A stretch of DNA of 62,914 nt from Clostridia bacterium (lineage in GTDB: Bacteria > Bacillota > Clostridia > RGIG6154): assembly GCA_045589295.1 (NCBI GenBank), contig JAZNOU010000010.1, positions 1 to 62,914 on the forward strand. The letters run 5' to 3'. Position numbers and translations under genes: made by a program. This document shows, one piece after another, positions 1 through 10,180 of the stretch; positions within the stretch are counted from its first letter, which is position 1, and each line of letters opens with the position of its first letter. A model generated the notes under the pieces. It did not search any database, was not told the DNA's origin, and worked only from the letters and a program-made list of their open reading frames with translations.

Positions 1-399
1 TGCTCTGTCATTATAAAGTCTTAAGGCACCGCCTGAGAAGTTACCGCCAAGATTCATATTTGAAACATCTACAACAGAAATACTATCGTTTGTATTTGTA
101 GTTGAATGTCTTAAATAGGACTGGATATCCCAATTGCCATATGTGTAACATTGAGTCAACTTTTGAACGCCAGTCCATCCCTCGTTTATGTTGCCGGTTG
201 AGTCAGCAACATCAAACCAGTTTTGTCCAAATGTATAACCTGAGTCAAAAGTTTCGTTAAAAAGTGGGATGGCACCATCCGGAATATCAGATGAAGGTGA
301 TGATGCACCGCCTGCTGTGCCTGTAGCTCCCACCGGAACAACTGACATAATCATTATTACTGTGAGTATAACAGATATCAATTTGCTAAATCTTCTCAT
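1..399 (-). CDS. Secreted/surface protein, 5' part only (runs off window start)
   Basis: Read manually: RBS AAGGGGG, ATG at 399, MRRFSKLISVILTVIMIMSVVPVGATG... (signal-peptide-like), frame open to position 1. Confidence 0.75.
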   Translation of the reverse strand, partial: MRRFSKLISVILTVIMIMSVVPVGATGTAGGASSPSSDIPDGAIPLFNETFDSGYTFGQNWFDVADSTGNINEGWTGVQKLTQCYTYGNWDIQSYLRHSTTNTNDSISVVDVSNMNLGGNFSGGALRLYNDRA

Positions 400-669
400 T
401 GATATTTGTCCCCCTTTCAAAATTGTGTTAAAAATTTCGTTTTCTTTTGTTCTATAATAAACAGCGTTAACTGCTGTAGTCTTCTGCTTTATGTGCGTTT
501 AACAAAATAATTATGACACAAAGCTCTTCAAAATTATTCTGCAAACGCTTGTTTTAAGAGTATTTCTCTTTTTAATGTCTACAAAATAAAGTGCTTTTTT
601 AACATGTTCTGTGTACATACATGCCGCTTTTTAAAAATTATATATAAAGGGCACAATAACCCCTTTCAA

Positions 670-694
670 GGAACGGCTGAAAATCAGCCGTTCC
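670..694. terminator. Intrinsic terminator hairpin after SBP gene 1
   Basis: GGAACGGCTGA-aaa-TCAGCCGTTCC perfect stem. Confidence 0.65.
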
Positions 695-731
695 TCAAAA
701 AAGGAGTGCATTTTATTAAATAACTATTAAA

Positions 732-2156
732 TTATCTTAAGCCCTTCTCGTCCATATACTTATAAACAACTTCTTCAGCATATTTCATAAGTTCAGCTTT
801 GCCTGCAGCTTCAACCTTTTTAGCTCTTTCAGCCATTTTAGCATCGTAGTTTTTGGAAGTACCATTTAAAAGTTCGGCATACTCGCCCTGAGCTGTTGCG
901 ATGTTTGAAATGTATGTTGAAACAGGTGATACGTCTGCAACAAATCCAATAAGAAGTTCTTTCTTAGCCTTGTCATTGTTTGCAGCTAAAACTTCCCATA
1001 AGTCGTCCTGGTATCCTTCCATCAAATATCCGATAAACATATTACCAAATTTCCAGTTACCATCAGGAGCATAACCTGAATCAGGAATTAACTTGATGTG
1101 GTTTTCGTCAATCTTTTCGTAGTGTTTACCTTCGATACCATAAGCACAAAGATTGAACACTTCAGGATTTACGTTAACCTGGAGAATCATCTGCATAGCT
1201 TTTTCAGGATTCTTTGATGTAGCACTGATAGCAGTCATTGTTGTTGTAGCAGTGCTTCTTGACATTGCAAAATCTGAAATCGGAACTGCAATAATTTCGT
1301 AACCTGCCTGTCTTGCTCTGTCTTCAGGGTCGCCCGGTCTGTAACCTGTTGTTACTGATACAGCTACCTGTGCGATAGGTGTTGAAGCAGAAATGTCAGG
1401 ATTGAAGAAACCTGCATCGTTCCATTCCTTGATAGTTCTCTGAGCCTTATCAATTTCTGGAATGTCATACATAAATACAAGTTCATTTGTCTTTCTGTCA
1501 AGGTAAACATAGTTGATAGATGTTGCTTCATATCTGAAAGGATCTTCATAGAAGTAACTTATAGTAGGTCTCTGCATTGGGAAGAAGTTACCCTTTTCAT
1601 TATCTCTGATTGTCTCGAGGAAAGGTACGATATCTTCCATCTTTTTAACTTTTGAAGTGTCAAAGCCATATTTTTCAACCAATGCTTTGTTGAAATAAAT
1701 AGCTGCACACTGTGTCATTGCCTGGTAGCAAGGAACGGCATAAATTTCACCGTCTACGTTAACAGCTTCCCAAAGGTAATCAGGAATAGATTTTGAAAGT
1801 TCTTCACCATATTCTTCCAAGAGGTCTGACATTTCATAGAATCCGCCTCTTCTAACACCGTCAAGGTAAGGATTTGCAAAACCTGTGAAGCAAAGGTCAA
1901 ACTCATCCTGTGAAGCCATAACAAGTCTTAATCTTTCAGTAAAGTCTGATGAAGCTATGTACTGAAGGTCAATCTTTGCACCGATTTCAGGTTCGATAAT
2001 TGCGTTGATTGCTTCATTAACCGCAACAACGTCTGCCTGTTTTTCACCCGGCAAATACCAAACCAATGTAGGCACATCGCCGCTTGCATTTTTACCGCAG
2101 CTTACAAAACCGATTGCCATCACTGCGATAAGTAATAATGCTACTACTTTTTTCAT
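732..2156 (-). CDS. Carbohydrate ABC transporter substrate-binding lipoprotein (LplA/DUF3502-like), paralog 1
   Basis: Lipobox FVSC after MKKVVALLL; motifs GEIYAVP, AISATSKNPEKAM, YGIEGKHY; start moved to ATG 2156. Confidence 0.85.
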   Translation of the reverse strand: MKKVVALLLIAVMAIGFVSCGKNASGDVPTLVWYLPGEKQADVVAVNEAINAIIEPEIGAKIDLQYIASSDFTERLRLVMASQDEFDLCFTGFANPYLDGVRRGGFYEMSDLLEEYGEELSKSIPDYLWEAVNVDGEIYAVPCYQAMTQCAAIYFNKALVEKYGFDTSKVKKMEDIVPFLETIRDNEKGNFFPMQRPTISYFYEDPFRYEATSINYVYLDRKTNELVFMYDIPEIDKAQRTIKEWNDAGFFNPDISASTPIAQVAVSVTTGYRPGDPEDRARQAGYEIIAVPISDFAMSRSTATTTMTAISATSKNPEKAMQMILQVNVNPEVFNLCAYGIEGKHYEKIDENHIKLIPDSGYAPDGNWKFGNMFIGYLMEGYQDDLWEVLAANNDKAKKELLIGFVADVSPVSTYISNIATAQGEYAELLNGTSKNYDAKMAERAKKVEAAGKAELMKYAEEVVYKYMDEKGLR

Positions 2157-2254
2157 TTTTTGTCTTCCTTTCTGGATTAAAAATTTGCCAGCTTTTAAAG
2201 CTTGCACAATAGCTGATTTTCCCAAAAAAACCAACTATACTTTCTATATTATAT

Positions 2255-2326
2255 ATTATGCACTATTTTCCAAAAAAACGCAAGTGCTTTTTTTTTGTCT
2301 TTTTGCTATTATTTTTTGTCTTTTGC
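2255..2326 (-). promoter_or_regulatory. SigA-type promoter of SBP1 with upstream tandem direct repeats
   Basis: Minus strand TTGCGT-17-CATAAT (2283-2255); TTTTTTGTCTTTT repeated at 2291 and 2312. Confidence 0.55.
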
Positions 2327-2410
2327 CTGCATTTTGGGGCAATTTTAAAAAATTTAACCTTTTTCTTGGCGATTTTACATAAATTACCATATGCTTACAA
2401 AAAAACAGTT

Positions 2411-2442
2411 AAAAAAAGCGGACTTAAAAGTCCGCTTTTTTT
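2411..2442. terminator. Bidirectional terminator after SBP gene 2
   Basis: AAAAAAAGCGGACTT-aa-AAGTCCGCTTTTTTT. Confidence 0.8.
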
Positions 2443-2443
2443 A

Positions 2444-3877
2444 TTATCTTTCGTATTTGATACCTTTTTCATCAAAATACTCGTAAATTACTTTTTCAGC
2501 ATACTCAATAAGCTCTTTTTTGCCTGAAGCCTCAACTCTTTGATTAAATTCTTTCATTTTTGCATCAAGGTCTGTTGAGGTTCCGTTGTTAATTTCAGCA
2601 TATTCACCCACAACTGTAGCAATCTGAGAAATTGCGGTTGTTACAGGAGTTGTGTCTGCAACAAATCCCAAAAGAACACTCTTGTTAGAGTCATCATTTG
2701 CTTTTTTAATCTGTTCCCAGAGATCGTCTTCATATCCTTCTAAAAGAGAGCCTGTAAAGATACATCCGTATTTCCAGTTGCCACCCGGCACATACGCTGA
2801 TTCTGTGTCAATTTTTATATGAGTATCACTCACTCTTTCGTAGTGTTTGCCCTCAATTCCATAAGCACAAAGGTCAAAAACTTCTTTATTCGTGTTAACT
2901 TCAACTATAAATTGCATTGCCTTTTCAGGATGCTTTGAAGTAGCACTGATAGCTGTCATTGTTGTGTTTGCGCCACTTCTGTCCATGGCATAGTCAGAAA
3001 GAGGAACTGCAATGATTTCAATTCCGTAGTTTCTCTCTTCGTCCGCAACAACCCCCGGTCTGTGACCGTCTGTTACACGGCATGCCACCTGGCTTGCAGG
3101 TGTTGATGCGTTGATGTCAGGATTAAAGAAGCCCGCATCGTTCCATTCTTTAAGAGTTTTTCTTGCCTGTTCATATTCAGGTGCATCAAACTGGAACAAA
3201 ACTTTATTTGTTTTACTATCAACTGAAACATAGCTGATTGATGTCTGAAGATATCTGAACGCTTCAGGGAAGAAATAAGAAGCTCCCAATCTCGCCATTG
3301 GGAAGATATTGCCTTTTTCATTGTCTCTTATTGTTTCGAGGAAAGGTCTGATATCTTCAAGCTTTTTAACCTTTGATGTATCAAAATTGTATTTATCAAC
3401 ATATTCTTTGTTAAAATAAATAGCTCTGCACATTGTCATCGCTTGGTAAGTTGGCACGGCATAAATTTCACCATCTATTGTTGCCGCTTCCCAAAGGTAA
3501 TCAGGAATTGTGCCTGAAAGTTCTTTACCATACTCCTCCAAGAGGTCTGTAAGTTCCATAAATCCGCCTCTTCTTACACCATCAAGGTAAGGATTTGCAA
3601 AACCTGTAAAGCAAAGATCAAACTCTTCCTGTGATGCCATAATAAGTCTTAATCTTTCAGTAAAATCCGCTGATGCTATGTACTGAATGTCGATTTTAGC
3701 ACCGATTTTAGGTTCTATAATCTTGTTAATTTCTTCACAAACCAATGCGGTGTCTGCCTGTTTTTCACATGGCAAGTACCATACCAATGTAGGTACGTCG
3801 CCTCCCGCAGTTTTGCCGCAGCTTACGAAACCAAGTGCCATAACTGCCACAAGTAATAATGCTAATACTCTTTTCAT
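2444..3877 (-). CDS. Carbohydrate ABC transporter substrate-binding lipoprotein, paralog 2
   Basis: Lipobox FVSC; co-linear and highly similar to paralog 1 (shared EFDLCFTGFANPYLDGVRRGGF); start ATG 3877. Confidence 0.85.
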   Translation of the reverse strand: MKRVLALLLVAVMALGFVSCGKTAGGDVPTLVWYLPCEKQADTALVCEEINKIIEPKIGAKIDIQYIASADFTERLRLIMASQEEFDLCFTGFANPYLDGVRRGGFMELTDLLEEYGKELSGTIPDYLWEAATIDGEIYAVPTYQAMTMCRAIYFNKEYVDKYNFDTSKVKKLEDIRPFLETIRDNEKGNIFPMARLGASYFFPEAFRYLQTSISYVSVDSKTNKVLFQFDAPEYEQARKTLKEWNDAGFFNPDINASTPASQVACRVTDGHRPGVVADEERNYGIEIIAVPLSDYAMDRSGANTTMTAISATSKHPEKAMQFIVEVNTNKEVFDLCAYGIEGKHYERVSDTHIKIDTESAYVPGGNWKYGCIFTGSLLEGYEDDLWEQIKKANDDSNKSVLLGFVADTTPVTTAISQIATVVGEYAEINNGTSTDLDAKMKEFNQRVEASGKKELIEYAEKVIYEYFDEKGIKYER

Positions 3878-3913
3878 ATTTATATCCCTTTCTTTATAAA
3901 AGCTTATGTATAT

Positions 3914-3942
3914 ATTATGCACTAAATTTTTAAAAAAGTCAA
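3914..3942 (-). promoter_or_regulatory. SigA-type promoter of SBP2
   Basis: Minus strand TTGACT-17-CATAAT; shares TAGTGCATAATAT with the SBP1 promoter. Confidence 0.55.
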
Positions 3943-3977
3943 GTAGGGAGGAGGACCATCCCCCCGTTTTTTGCATA

Positions 3978-4009
3978 AAAAAAAGAGAGAGATAAAATCT
4001 CTCTCTTTG
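3978..4009. terminator. Terminator of the rplJL operon
   Basis: AAAGAGAGAGAT-aaa-ATCTCTCTCTTT with A-tract on the plus strand. Confidence 0.75.
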
Positions 4010-4023
4010 AATAGTTGAAATAA

Positions 4024-4386
4024 TTATTTAAGTTCAACTTTAGCGCCAACTTCTTCAAGTTTAGCTTTGATATCTTCAGCGTCTTCTTTTGAAGCTGCTT
4101 CTTTGATTGTCTTAGGAGCGCCATCAACCATTTCTTTAGCTTCTTTGAGGCCAAGACCTGTGATGTCTTTAACAACTTTAACAACCTTAATTTTTTCAGC
4201 ACCTGCGTCAGCAAGTACAACGTCGAATTCTGTTTTTTCTTCAGCAGCAGCACCACCAGCCATTACTGCTACAGGAGCAGCAGCTGATACACCAAATTCT
4301 TCTTCAATAGCTTTTACTAATTCTGATAATTCTAAAACTGTGAGAGCTTTAATTTCTTCAATCATAGCTGTGATTTTTTCACTCAT
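4024..4386 (-). CDS. rplL: 50S ribosomal protein L7/L12
   Basis: [26 protein letters not shown] motifs. Confidence 0.98.
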   Translation of the reverse strand: MSEKITAMIEEIKALTVLELSELVKAIEEEFGVSAAAPVAVMAGGAAAEEKTEFDVVLADAGAEKIKVVKVVKDITGLGLKEAKEMVDGAPKTIKEAASKEDAEDIKAKLEEVGAKVELK

Positions 4387-4440
4387 TTTATTTTCCTCCT
4401 AAAATTTAATTAATTTTTCTTTTAATAGTTTAATTTAAAA

Positions 4441-4962
4441 TTACGCTGTCTGTTCGCCTTCGCCATTCTTTTCAGCTACAGCATTAAGCGCTCTTGCAAG
4501 ACCTGCAATAGTAGCATTCAAGCCACCTGCGAGCATTGCGTACAAAGTATCCTTTGAAGGAACCTTTGCCATTGCTTTGATTTCGTCCAATGAAACAACT
4601 TTACCGTCAACAAAACCTGCTTTAATAGCAATACCAGCATTTTCGCCGTTGTCTTCAATAAATTTTGATAAAACCTTTGAAGGAGCAACAACGTCATCAA
4701 CGTGAGTTGCCAAAGCTGTTGTGCCGTTCAAAACGTCAGAAATTTCATCAAATCCAACTTCTTTGACAGCAAATCTTGTAAGAGTGTTTTTAATAACTGT
4801 GTATTCAACACCCGCTTCACGGAGTTTTGAACGAAGTTCTGTATCTTTTTCAACAGTAAGACCGCTATAAGTAACAAAAACACCTGTTGCTGAATTTTTA
4901 AATCTTTCAACCAAGTCTGTTACTATCTGTTTCTTTTGTTCCAAAACTTTATTGTTAGGCAT
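4441..4962 (-). CDS. rplJ: 50S ribosomal protein L10
   Basis: GLTV..LR, VIKNTL motifs; position before rplL. Confidence 0.97.
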   Translation of the reverse strand: MPNNKVLEQKKQIVTDLVERFKNSATGVFVTYSGLTVEKDTELRSKLREAGVEYTVIKNTLTRFAVKEVGFDEISDVLNGTTALATHVDDVVAPSKVLSKFIEDNGENAGIAIKAGFVDGKVVSLDEIKAMAKVPSKDTLYAMLAGGLNATIAGLARALNAVAEKNGEGEQTA

Positions 4963-4989
4963 ATTTTAAAATTCACCTCGCTTTATAAT

Positions 4990-5100
4990 AAATAAGGGGT
5001 TTTCCACAGTCGGAAAACCCCAATAATTCATATAAAATGAAAGGCTATCCTCGGCAGGCACATTAAAAATGTTTACGTTTCCACCTGCTGTCTGCGGAAA
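4990..5100 (-). promoter_or_regulatory. L10 leader (autoregulatory RNA)
   Basis: Minus strand CCGCAGACAGCAGGTG...CCTGCCGAGG followed by GGGGTTTTCC/GGAAAACCCC hairpin upstream of rplJ. Confidence 0.8.
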
Positions 5101-5199
5101 AATATTAAGTTTTAACTTAAGACCTAGTTATTTTATCACACAGGTCTTTGTTTGTCAAGAGAAATCTTAAAATTTTCCGACAAAGCCTTAAATTTTTAA

Positions 5200-5895
5200 T
5201 TATTCACCAAGTTTTGTTGAGTTTACCTTTGCTGAAGGACCCATTGTTGATGCAACAGCAAGGCTCTTGATGTATGTGCCCTTTGCAGCTGCAGGTTTAG
5301 CTTTGATAACTGCATTTGCAAGTGCCATAAAGTTTTCGTTGAGCTTTTCAGCACCGAATGAAACTTTACCGATAGGGCAGTGGATAATATTTGTTTTATC
5401 AAGTTTGTACTCAATTTTACCTGATTTGATTTCTTCGATAGCCTTAGCTACGTCCATTGTAACTGTACCAGCTTTTGGTGTAGGCATCAAACCTCTTGGG
5501 CCCAATACTTTACCAAGGCGACCAACAACGCCCATCATGTTAGGTGTTGCAACTACAACGTCAAAATCGAACCAGTTTTCTGACTGGATTTTTGTAACCA
5601 ATTCTTCAGCACCAACATATTCAGCACCTGCTGCTGTTGCAGCATCTGCCTGTTCGCCTTTTGCAAATACAAGTACGCGAACTTTTTTACCTGTTCCGTT
5701 TGGCAAAATAACTGCGCCACGAACCTGCTGGTCTGCGTGTCTTGAGTCAACGCCGAGCTTAATATGACATTCAACTGTTTCATCAAACTTAGCCTTTGAA
5801 GCTTTGCATACTAAGTCTAAAGCTTCGATAGGTGCGTATAATTTAGTTCTGTCGATGAGCTTAGCGCCCTCTAAATAATTCTTACCTCTTTTCAA
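5200..5895 (-). CDS. rplA: 50S ribosomal protein L1 (TTG start)
   Basis: [34 protein letters not shown]. Confidence 0.98.
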   Translation of the reverse strand: MKRGKNYLEGAKLIDRTKLYAPIEALDLVCKASKAKFDETVECHIKLGVDSRHADQQVRGAVILPNGTGKKVRVLVFAKGEQADAATAAGAEYVGAEELVTKIQSENWFDFDVVVATPNMMGVVGRLGKVLGPRGLMPTPKAGTVTMDVAKAIEEIKSGKIEYKLDKTNIIHCPIGKVSFGAEKLNENFMALANAVIKAKPAAAKGTYIKSLAVASTMGPSAKVNSTKLGE

Positions 5896-5908
5896 TTAAA
5901 AAACCTCC

Positions 5909-5941
5909 TTGTGGTTGTGCGGAAAGTACTTCCTCCCACGT
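5909..5941 (-). promoter_or_regulatory. L1-binding leader upstream of rplA
   Basis: Minus strand GTGGGAG...ACCAC just before the RBS. Confidence 0.65.
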
Positions 5942-5953
5942 GTGACTTTAGTC

Positions 5954-6379
5954 TTATTCTTCTACTGTGATACCCATGCTTCTTGCAGTACCTGCAATCA
6001 TGCTCATAGCAGCTTCAACTGATGCTGCATTAAGGTCAGGCATCTTTGTTTCTGCGATTTCTTTTAAAGCTTCTTTAGAAATCTTTGCAACTTTAGTTTT
6101 GTTTGGAACGCCGCTGCCGCTTTCAATCTTACAAGCTTTCTTTAAAAGAACAGCTGCAGGTGGTGTTTTTGTAATAAAACTAAATGTTCTGTCAGCATAA
6201 ACTGTAATAACTACAGGAATGATAAGACCCATGTCTTTAGCGGTTTTTTCGTTGAATTCTTTTGTGAACTGAACGATATTTACGCCGTGCTGACCGAGTG
6301 CAGGACCTACCGGTGGAGCCGGTGTAGCTTTACCTGCGGGAATTTGTAACTTAATGTAACCAATTACTTTCTGTGCCAC
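5954..6379 (-). CDS. rplK: 50S ribosomal protein L11 (GTG start)
   Basis: [25 protein letters not shown]. Confidence 0.98.
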   Translation of the reverse strand: MAQKVIGYIKLQIPAGKATPAPPVGPALGQHGVNIVQFTKEFNEKTAKDMGLIIPVVITVYADRTFSFITKTPPAAVLLKKACKIESGSGVPNKTKVAKISKEALKEIAETKMPDLNAASVEAAMSMIAGTARSMGITVEE

Positions 6380-6407
6380 GTAAAGTGCACCTCCTTAAAA
6401 ATATAAA

Positions 6408-6455
6408 TGTGGTAGTGGACGATTTGTCGCCCTTAGCGGGGTATACCCTCCCACT
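6408..6455 (-). promoter_or_regulatory. L1-binding leader upstream of rplK
   Basis: Minus strand GTGGGAG...ACCAC with internal hairpin. Confidence 0.6.
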
Positions 6456-6492
6456 AATCTATATATACCATTTAAGGCACATATAAACAAAA

Positions 6493-7014
6493 TTATTCGA
6501 GTGGCTCTACCTGATTGAGCTCAAGCTCAACGGGAGTCTCTCTGCCAAACATTGAAACAGAAACTCTTACCTTTTGCTTTTCAAGGTCAATTTCCTCAAC
6601 AATGCCGACAAAATCACGGAAAGATTCGCTTGTAATGGTAACTGAATCGCCAACCTCATAGTTTAGGCTGAACTCTTTGTGTACCAAACCAAGTCTTTCA
6701 ATTTCCTCATCTGTAAGCGGAACGGGCTTTGATCCCGGACCTACAAATCCTGTAACACCTCTGGTGTTGCGGACAATATACCAGCTGAAATCTGTCATAA
6801 TCATTTTGACGATTATGTACCCTGGTAGAAGCTTTTTAAGGCTTGTCTTTTTCTGGTCGTCTTTAAATTCCACAACCTCTTCCATTGGCACATTTATGTC
6901 AAAAAATATGTGGTGGAGATTATTGTTCTCAATTGTCTTTTCAAGATTTGCTTTTACTTTATTTTCATAACCTGAATAGGTATGAACAACATACCATTTA
7001 GCATTATCAGACAT
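6493..7014 (-). CDS. nusG: Transcription termination/antitermination factor NusG
   Basis: WYVVHTYSGYENKV, RNTRGVTGFVG, MFGRETPVEL. Confidence 0.98.
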   Translation of the reverse strand: MSDNAKWYVVHTYSGYENKVKANLEKTIENNNLHHIFFDINVPMEEVVEFKDDQKKTSLKKLLPGYIIVKMIMTDFSWYIVRNTRGVTGFVGPGSKPVPLTDEEIERLGLVHKEFSLNYEVGDSVTITSESFRDFVGIVEEIDLEKQKVRVSVSMFGRETPVELELNQVEPLE

Positions 7015-7049
7015 ATGTTCTCCTCCTTATTTCAAAAAGCCTAACGGGA

Positions 7050-7265
7050 TTATTTTGTAAGCAAGCTTACTGCCCAGTTAAACAAACCGCTGAAAATAAG
7101 GTCAAGCACAAATACGATTACGCCGATAATAACAACATAAGCAATAACAACGCTTGTGTTTTTGCAAACTGTTTTAAAATTCGGCCAGATAATTTTCTTA
7201 AATTCGCCTTTTGTAGCCTTGAAAAATTCTTTTACGCGGCCGCTATTTTTTACTGCCTCTGCCAT
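7050..7265 (-). CDS. secE: Preprotein translocase subunit SecE
   Basis: EFKKIIWP plus one TM helix; between rpmG and nusG. Confidence 0.92.
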   Translation of the reverse strand: MAEAVKNSGRVKEFFKATKGEFKKIIWPNFKTVCKNTSVVIAYVVIIGVIVFVLDLIFSGLFNWAVSLLTK

Positions 7266-7304
7266 TTGATTTACCTCCTGTGCAAGATTTTAACACAAAC
7301 TCAA

Positions 7305-7454
7305 TTATTTTGTTTCTTTATGAGCTGTGTGCTTCTTGCAGAATCTGCAATACTTATTCATTTCAATTCTGTCAGGTGTGTTTTTCTTGTTCTTCATTGT
7401 GTCATAGTTTCTCTGTTTGCATTCTGTGCAAGCTAATGTAATTTTTGTACGCAT
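7305..7454 (-). CDS. rpmG: 50S ribosomal protein L33 (Zn-ribbon type), not in ORF track
   Basis: Manual translation [57 protein letters not shown]. Confidence 0.97.
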   Translation of the reverse strand: MRTKITLACTECKQRNYDTMKNKKNTPDRIEMNKYCRFCKKHTAHKETK

Positions 7455-7757
7455 TATCTAAACCTCCATTTTATAACCTAAGACCTTGCAATTTTTGCAA
7501 AATCCGTTCTGTCCAACTAATAAAATATGAACAACATTATTAATCCTGTCGCCCATATTTGCAACAAGAGTACATACAAATATACCACAAATCAAGGCCT
7601 TTGTCAAGACATTTTATCCAAAATTTGTGTAAAATCAAGGGTTATACCATATTTGGTAACTTAATTTTTGAAAATCTCAATATATTGGTTAAAATGGTTG
7701 AAAATTTTACTTGTTTATGGTAAAATAATATTAGTTTTAATAAGGAGGTAATTTTTT

Positions 7758-8198
7758 ATGTTAAAAGGAATCAATAAAAGACTTACACCTGATTTGCTCA
7801 AATATTTAGCTGAAATGGGGCATGGCGACGAAGTAGTTATTGCAGACGGAAACTACCCGGGGTCATTTTGTGGCAGAAACGCAGTTCGTGCAGACGGATG
7901 CGGAACTGCAGAAATGTTGGATGCGATTTTGGAAGTTATCCCTGCAGACATCAAATATTCAGGCAAAGACGGTGCCGTTTTCATTATGGAAAAAGTACCG
8001 GGTGATGACACTCCTGTTCCAATCTGGGACGAATTTAAGGCTGTGCTCAAAAAACACGAGCCTGAAGCTGAACTTGGCCAGATTGAAAGATTTGCTTTTT
8101 ATGAAAGAGCAAAAAAGGCTTACCTTACAGTTTACACAGGTGAAGAAGCACCATACGGCAACATCATTATCAAAAAAGGCGTAGTACTTTCTAAATAA
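7758..8198 (+). CDS. fucU: RbsD/FucU family sugar mutarotase
   Basis: MLKGI, EMGHGDEVVIADGNYP, ERFAFYERAK, YGNIIIKKGV. Confidence 0.85.
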   Translation: MLKGINKRLTPDLLKYLAEMGHGDEVVIADGNYPGSFCGRNAVRADGCGTAEMLDAILEVIPADIKYSGKDGAVFIMEKVPGDDTPVPIWDEFKAVLKKHEPEAELGQIERFAFYERAKKAYLTVYTGEEAPYGNIIIKKGVVLSK

Positions 8199-8206
8199 AG
8201 AATGTT

Positions 8207-8237
8207 AAAAGCCACCCCCGAAAAGGGTGGCTTTTTT
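8207..8237. terminator. Bidirectional terminator between convergent genes
   Basis: AAAAGCCACCC-ccgaaaa-GGGTGGCTTTT. Confidence 0.8.
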
Positions 8238-8977
8238 TATTTGATTCCGTTGTAGGTTGCATTAACTTCATTATAGCTGTTAAGGTCGCCGATGTCATAT
8301 CTTTTGCCGGGCATTTCCATTGCATAAACTTTTTGTTTCGATGCAAGGTAAACCACAAAACTACCCGGTGCGTCTGTTTTGCATCCTTCTTTTATGCCCT
8401 GAGCAAACATCTTGATATCTTTTTTCGGGTAAGCATAAAATGGTGGTATGCACCAGTTTGATTCAGGATTTTCAGGTTTTTCAACCATTTTGGTTATTAA
8501 ATCATTATCATCAATTGAAGCAACACCTGTTTTTCTTAACTTTTCAGGTCTGTCTTCGTAATATCTCATAACGCAAGGTTCTTTCTTGCTTTCAAAATAA
8601 TCAACAAACTTGCAAAGAGAAAAATCCAACACGTTATCTCCCGCAATCACGATAATATCATCATCGATATTTAACTCATCTATTGCAAATTTAATATCTG
8701 CAACTGCACCCAGTCTATTATCATTATCTTTTGAACCGTCATTTACAAGAGTAACCGGTGCGTTTAATTTCTTTTCGTTTGCCCATTTTTCAAAATGACA
8801 GAAAAACTTGTCATTTGAAATTACAACATATTCGTTTATTTTTCCTGATGAATCAATATCATCCAAAAGCCAGTCCAAAATTGTTTTTCCTTTAACTTCC
8901 AAAAGCGGTTTCGGGAAATTTTCTGTTAACGGATAGAGTCTTGTAGCGTACCCTGCCGCAAGAATAAGACATTTCAT
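8237..8977 (-). CDS. Sugar-1-phosphate nucleotidyltransferase (NTP_transferase family)
   Basis: ILAAGYATRLYPLTENFPKPLL, AGDN, EKP, RYDIG. Confidence 0.88.
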   Translation of the reverse strand: MKCLILAAGYATRLYPLTENFPKPLLEVKGKTILDWLLDDIDSSGKINEYVVISNDKFFCHFEKWANEKKLNAPVTLVNDGSKDNDNRLGAVADIKFAIDELNIDDDIIVIAGDNVLDFSLCKFVDYFESKKEPCVMRYYEDRPEKLRKTGVASIDDNDLITKMVEKPENPESNWCIPPFYAYPKKDIKMFAQGIKEGCKTDAPGSFVVYLASKQKVYAMEMPGKRYDIGDLNSYNEVNATYNGIK

Positions 8978-8989
8978 ATTTTTTCTCCT

Positions 8990-10171
8990 TTATTCAAAGT
9001 ATGCGCCGCAACCATCTGCAGTTTTGCAAAAATGCACAGAAAAAGTATCTTTATACTGTGGAAAGGCCTTTAAATATTTTTCTGTAATTTCTTTTTCGAT
9101 ACTTTCTTTATATTCAGGATTTACGATTGCCATGCAACAGCCTTTAAAGCCTGCACCCGAAAATCTTCCGCCGTAAATACCCTTGGTTTCTTTCATAATA
9201 TTATAAATTTCTTTAAGCTCGTCTGCGCCTGTTTCATAGTTGAAGATACTGCTGTAACCACTTTCAAAAATCAAATTGCCGAAAGTTTCAATATCGCCGT
9301 TTCTCCAAGCCTCAACACCCGTTTCAACACGAGCTGATTCAGTATAATAGTGTTCTGCTCTTTTTCTCCAGTTTTCAGGAAGTTTATCTTTATATTCTTC
9401 AAAAACTTCTCTTGGAACATCTCTTAAATATGTGTCATTAAACTTACCATAGTCCATACCTGAAAAAGCCATCAAAGCGTATGCCGCAGATTTAACTTCA
9501 TCTATTCTCATATTGTAGCCTGAGCCTATAAGATTTCTTTCCATTCCGCTGAAGAAAATGCCTATTTCATAAGGCTTCATATTCTTGTTTTCAGGGATCA
9601 GTTCGTATGAGTCATCTTTATTATCAAGATACAAAAGTTTTTCACGTCTGCAATAAACTTCGCAAGACTGGTCAAGTTTACCGCAGGAAACGCCAACATA
9701 AACATTTTCTGCTTTTTGAGCAATTTTGATAAGTTTATCCTGGGGTATTACAATATTGTTTACTTTACAAAGGGCAGTTAAAAACGAAATAATAACCGCC
9801 GCAGATGAAGAAAGTCCACCGATAGGAAGGGTTCCTTCAATAACTCCGCAAAGACCAACCTCCAAAGTGTATTCTCTGCCAAGCATTAAAGTTGCACCTC
9901 TTAAATAATCCGCCCAGTCCATTTCTCTTTCTTTCGGAACTGATGCAATATGAAACTGTGCACGTTTGGGAAACTGCAATGACACAAGTTCCACAACACC
10001 GTTTCTTTTGGGGCGATATGCAATAGAAATACCCTTATCAATAGCAAAACCTGTTATTTTGCCCATCTGATGATCGATATGAGCGCCCATAGGACATACT
10101 CTGTAAGGGCAAAAAGAAAGCCCTTCTGCCTCTTTACCATAGATTTCAAAAAACTTTTCTGTACAGTTCAT
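8990..10171 (-). CDS. GHMP sugar kinase, galacturonokinase-like
   Basis: PYRVCPMGAHIDHQ, GGLSSSAA, GKLDQS, KRAEHY, RFSGAGFKGCC. Confidence 0.8.
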   Translation of the reverse strand: MNCTEKFFEIYGKEAEGLSFCPYRVCPMGAHIDHQMGKITGFAIDKGISIAYRPKRNGVVELVSLQFPKRAQFHIASVPKEREMDWADYLRGATLMLGREYTLEVGLCGVIEGTLPIGGLSSSAAVIISFLTALCKVNNIVIPQDKLIKIAQKAENVYVGVSCGKLDQSCEVYCRREKLLYLDNKDDSYELIPENKNMKPYEIGIFFSGMERNLIGSGYNMRIDEVKSAAYALMAFSGMDYGKFNDTYLRDVPREVFEEYKDKLPENWRKRAEHYYTESARVETGVEAWRNGDIETFGNLIFESGYSSIFNYETGADELKEIYNIMKETKGIYGGRFSGAGFKGCCMAIVNPEYKESIEKEITEKYLKAFPQYKDTFSVHFCKTADGCGAYFE

Positions 10172-10180
10172 ACAATCTCC

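Noticed and set aside
269-457. Plus-strand 62-aa ORF and the many other short antisense or overlapping ORFs in the track
   Set aside because: Shadows of well-supported genes on the other strand or frame, without RBS or motifs
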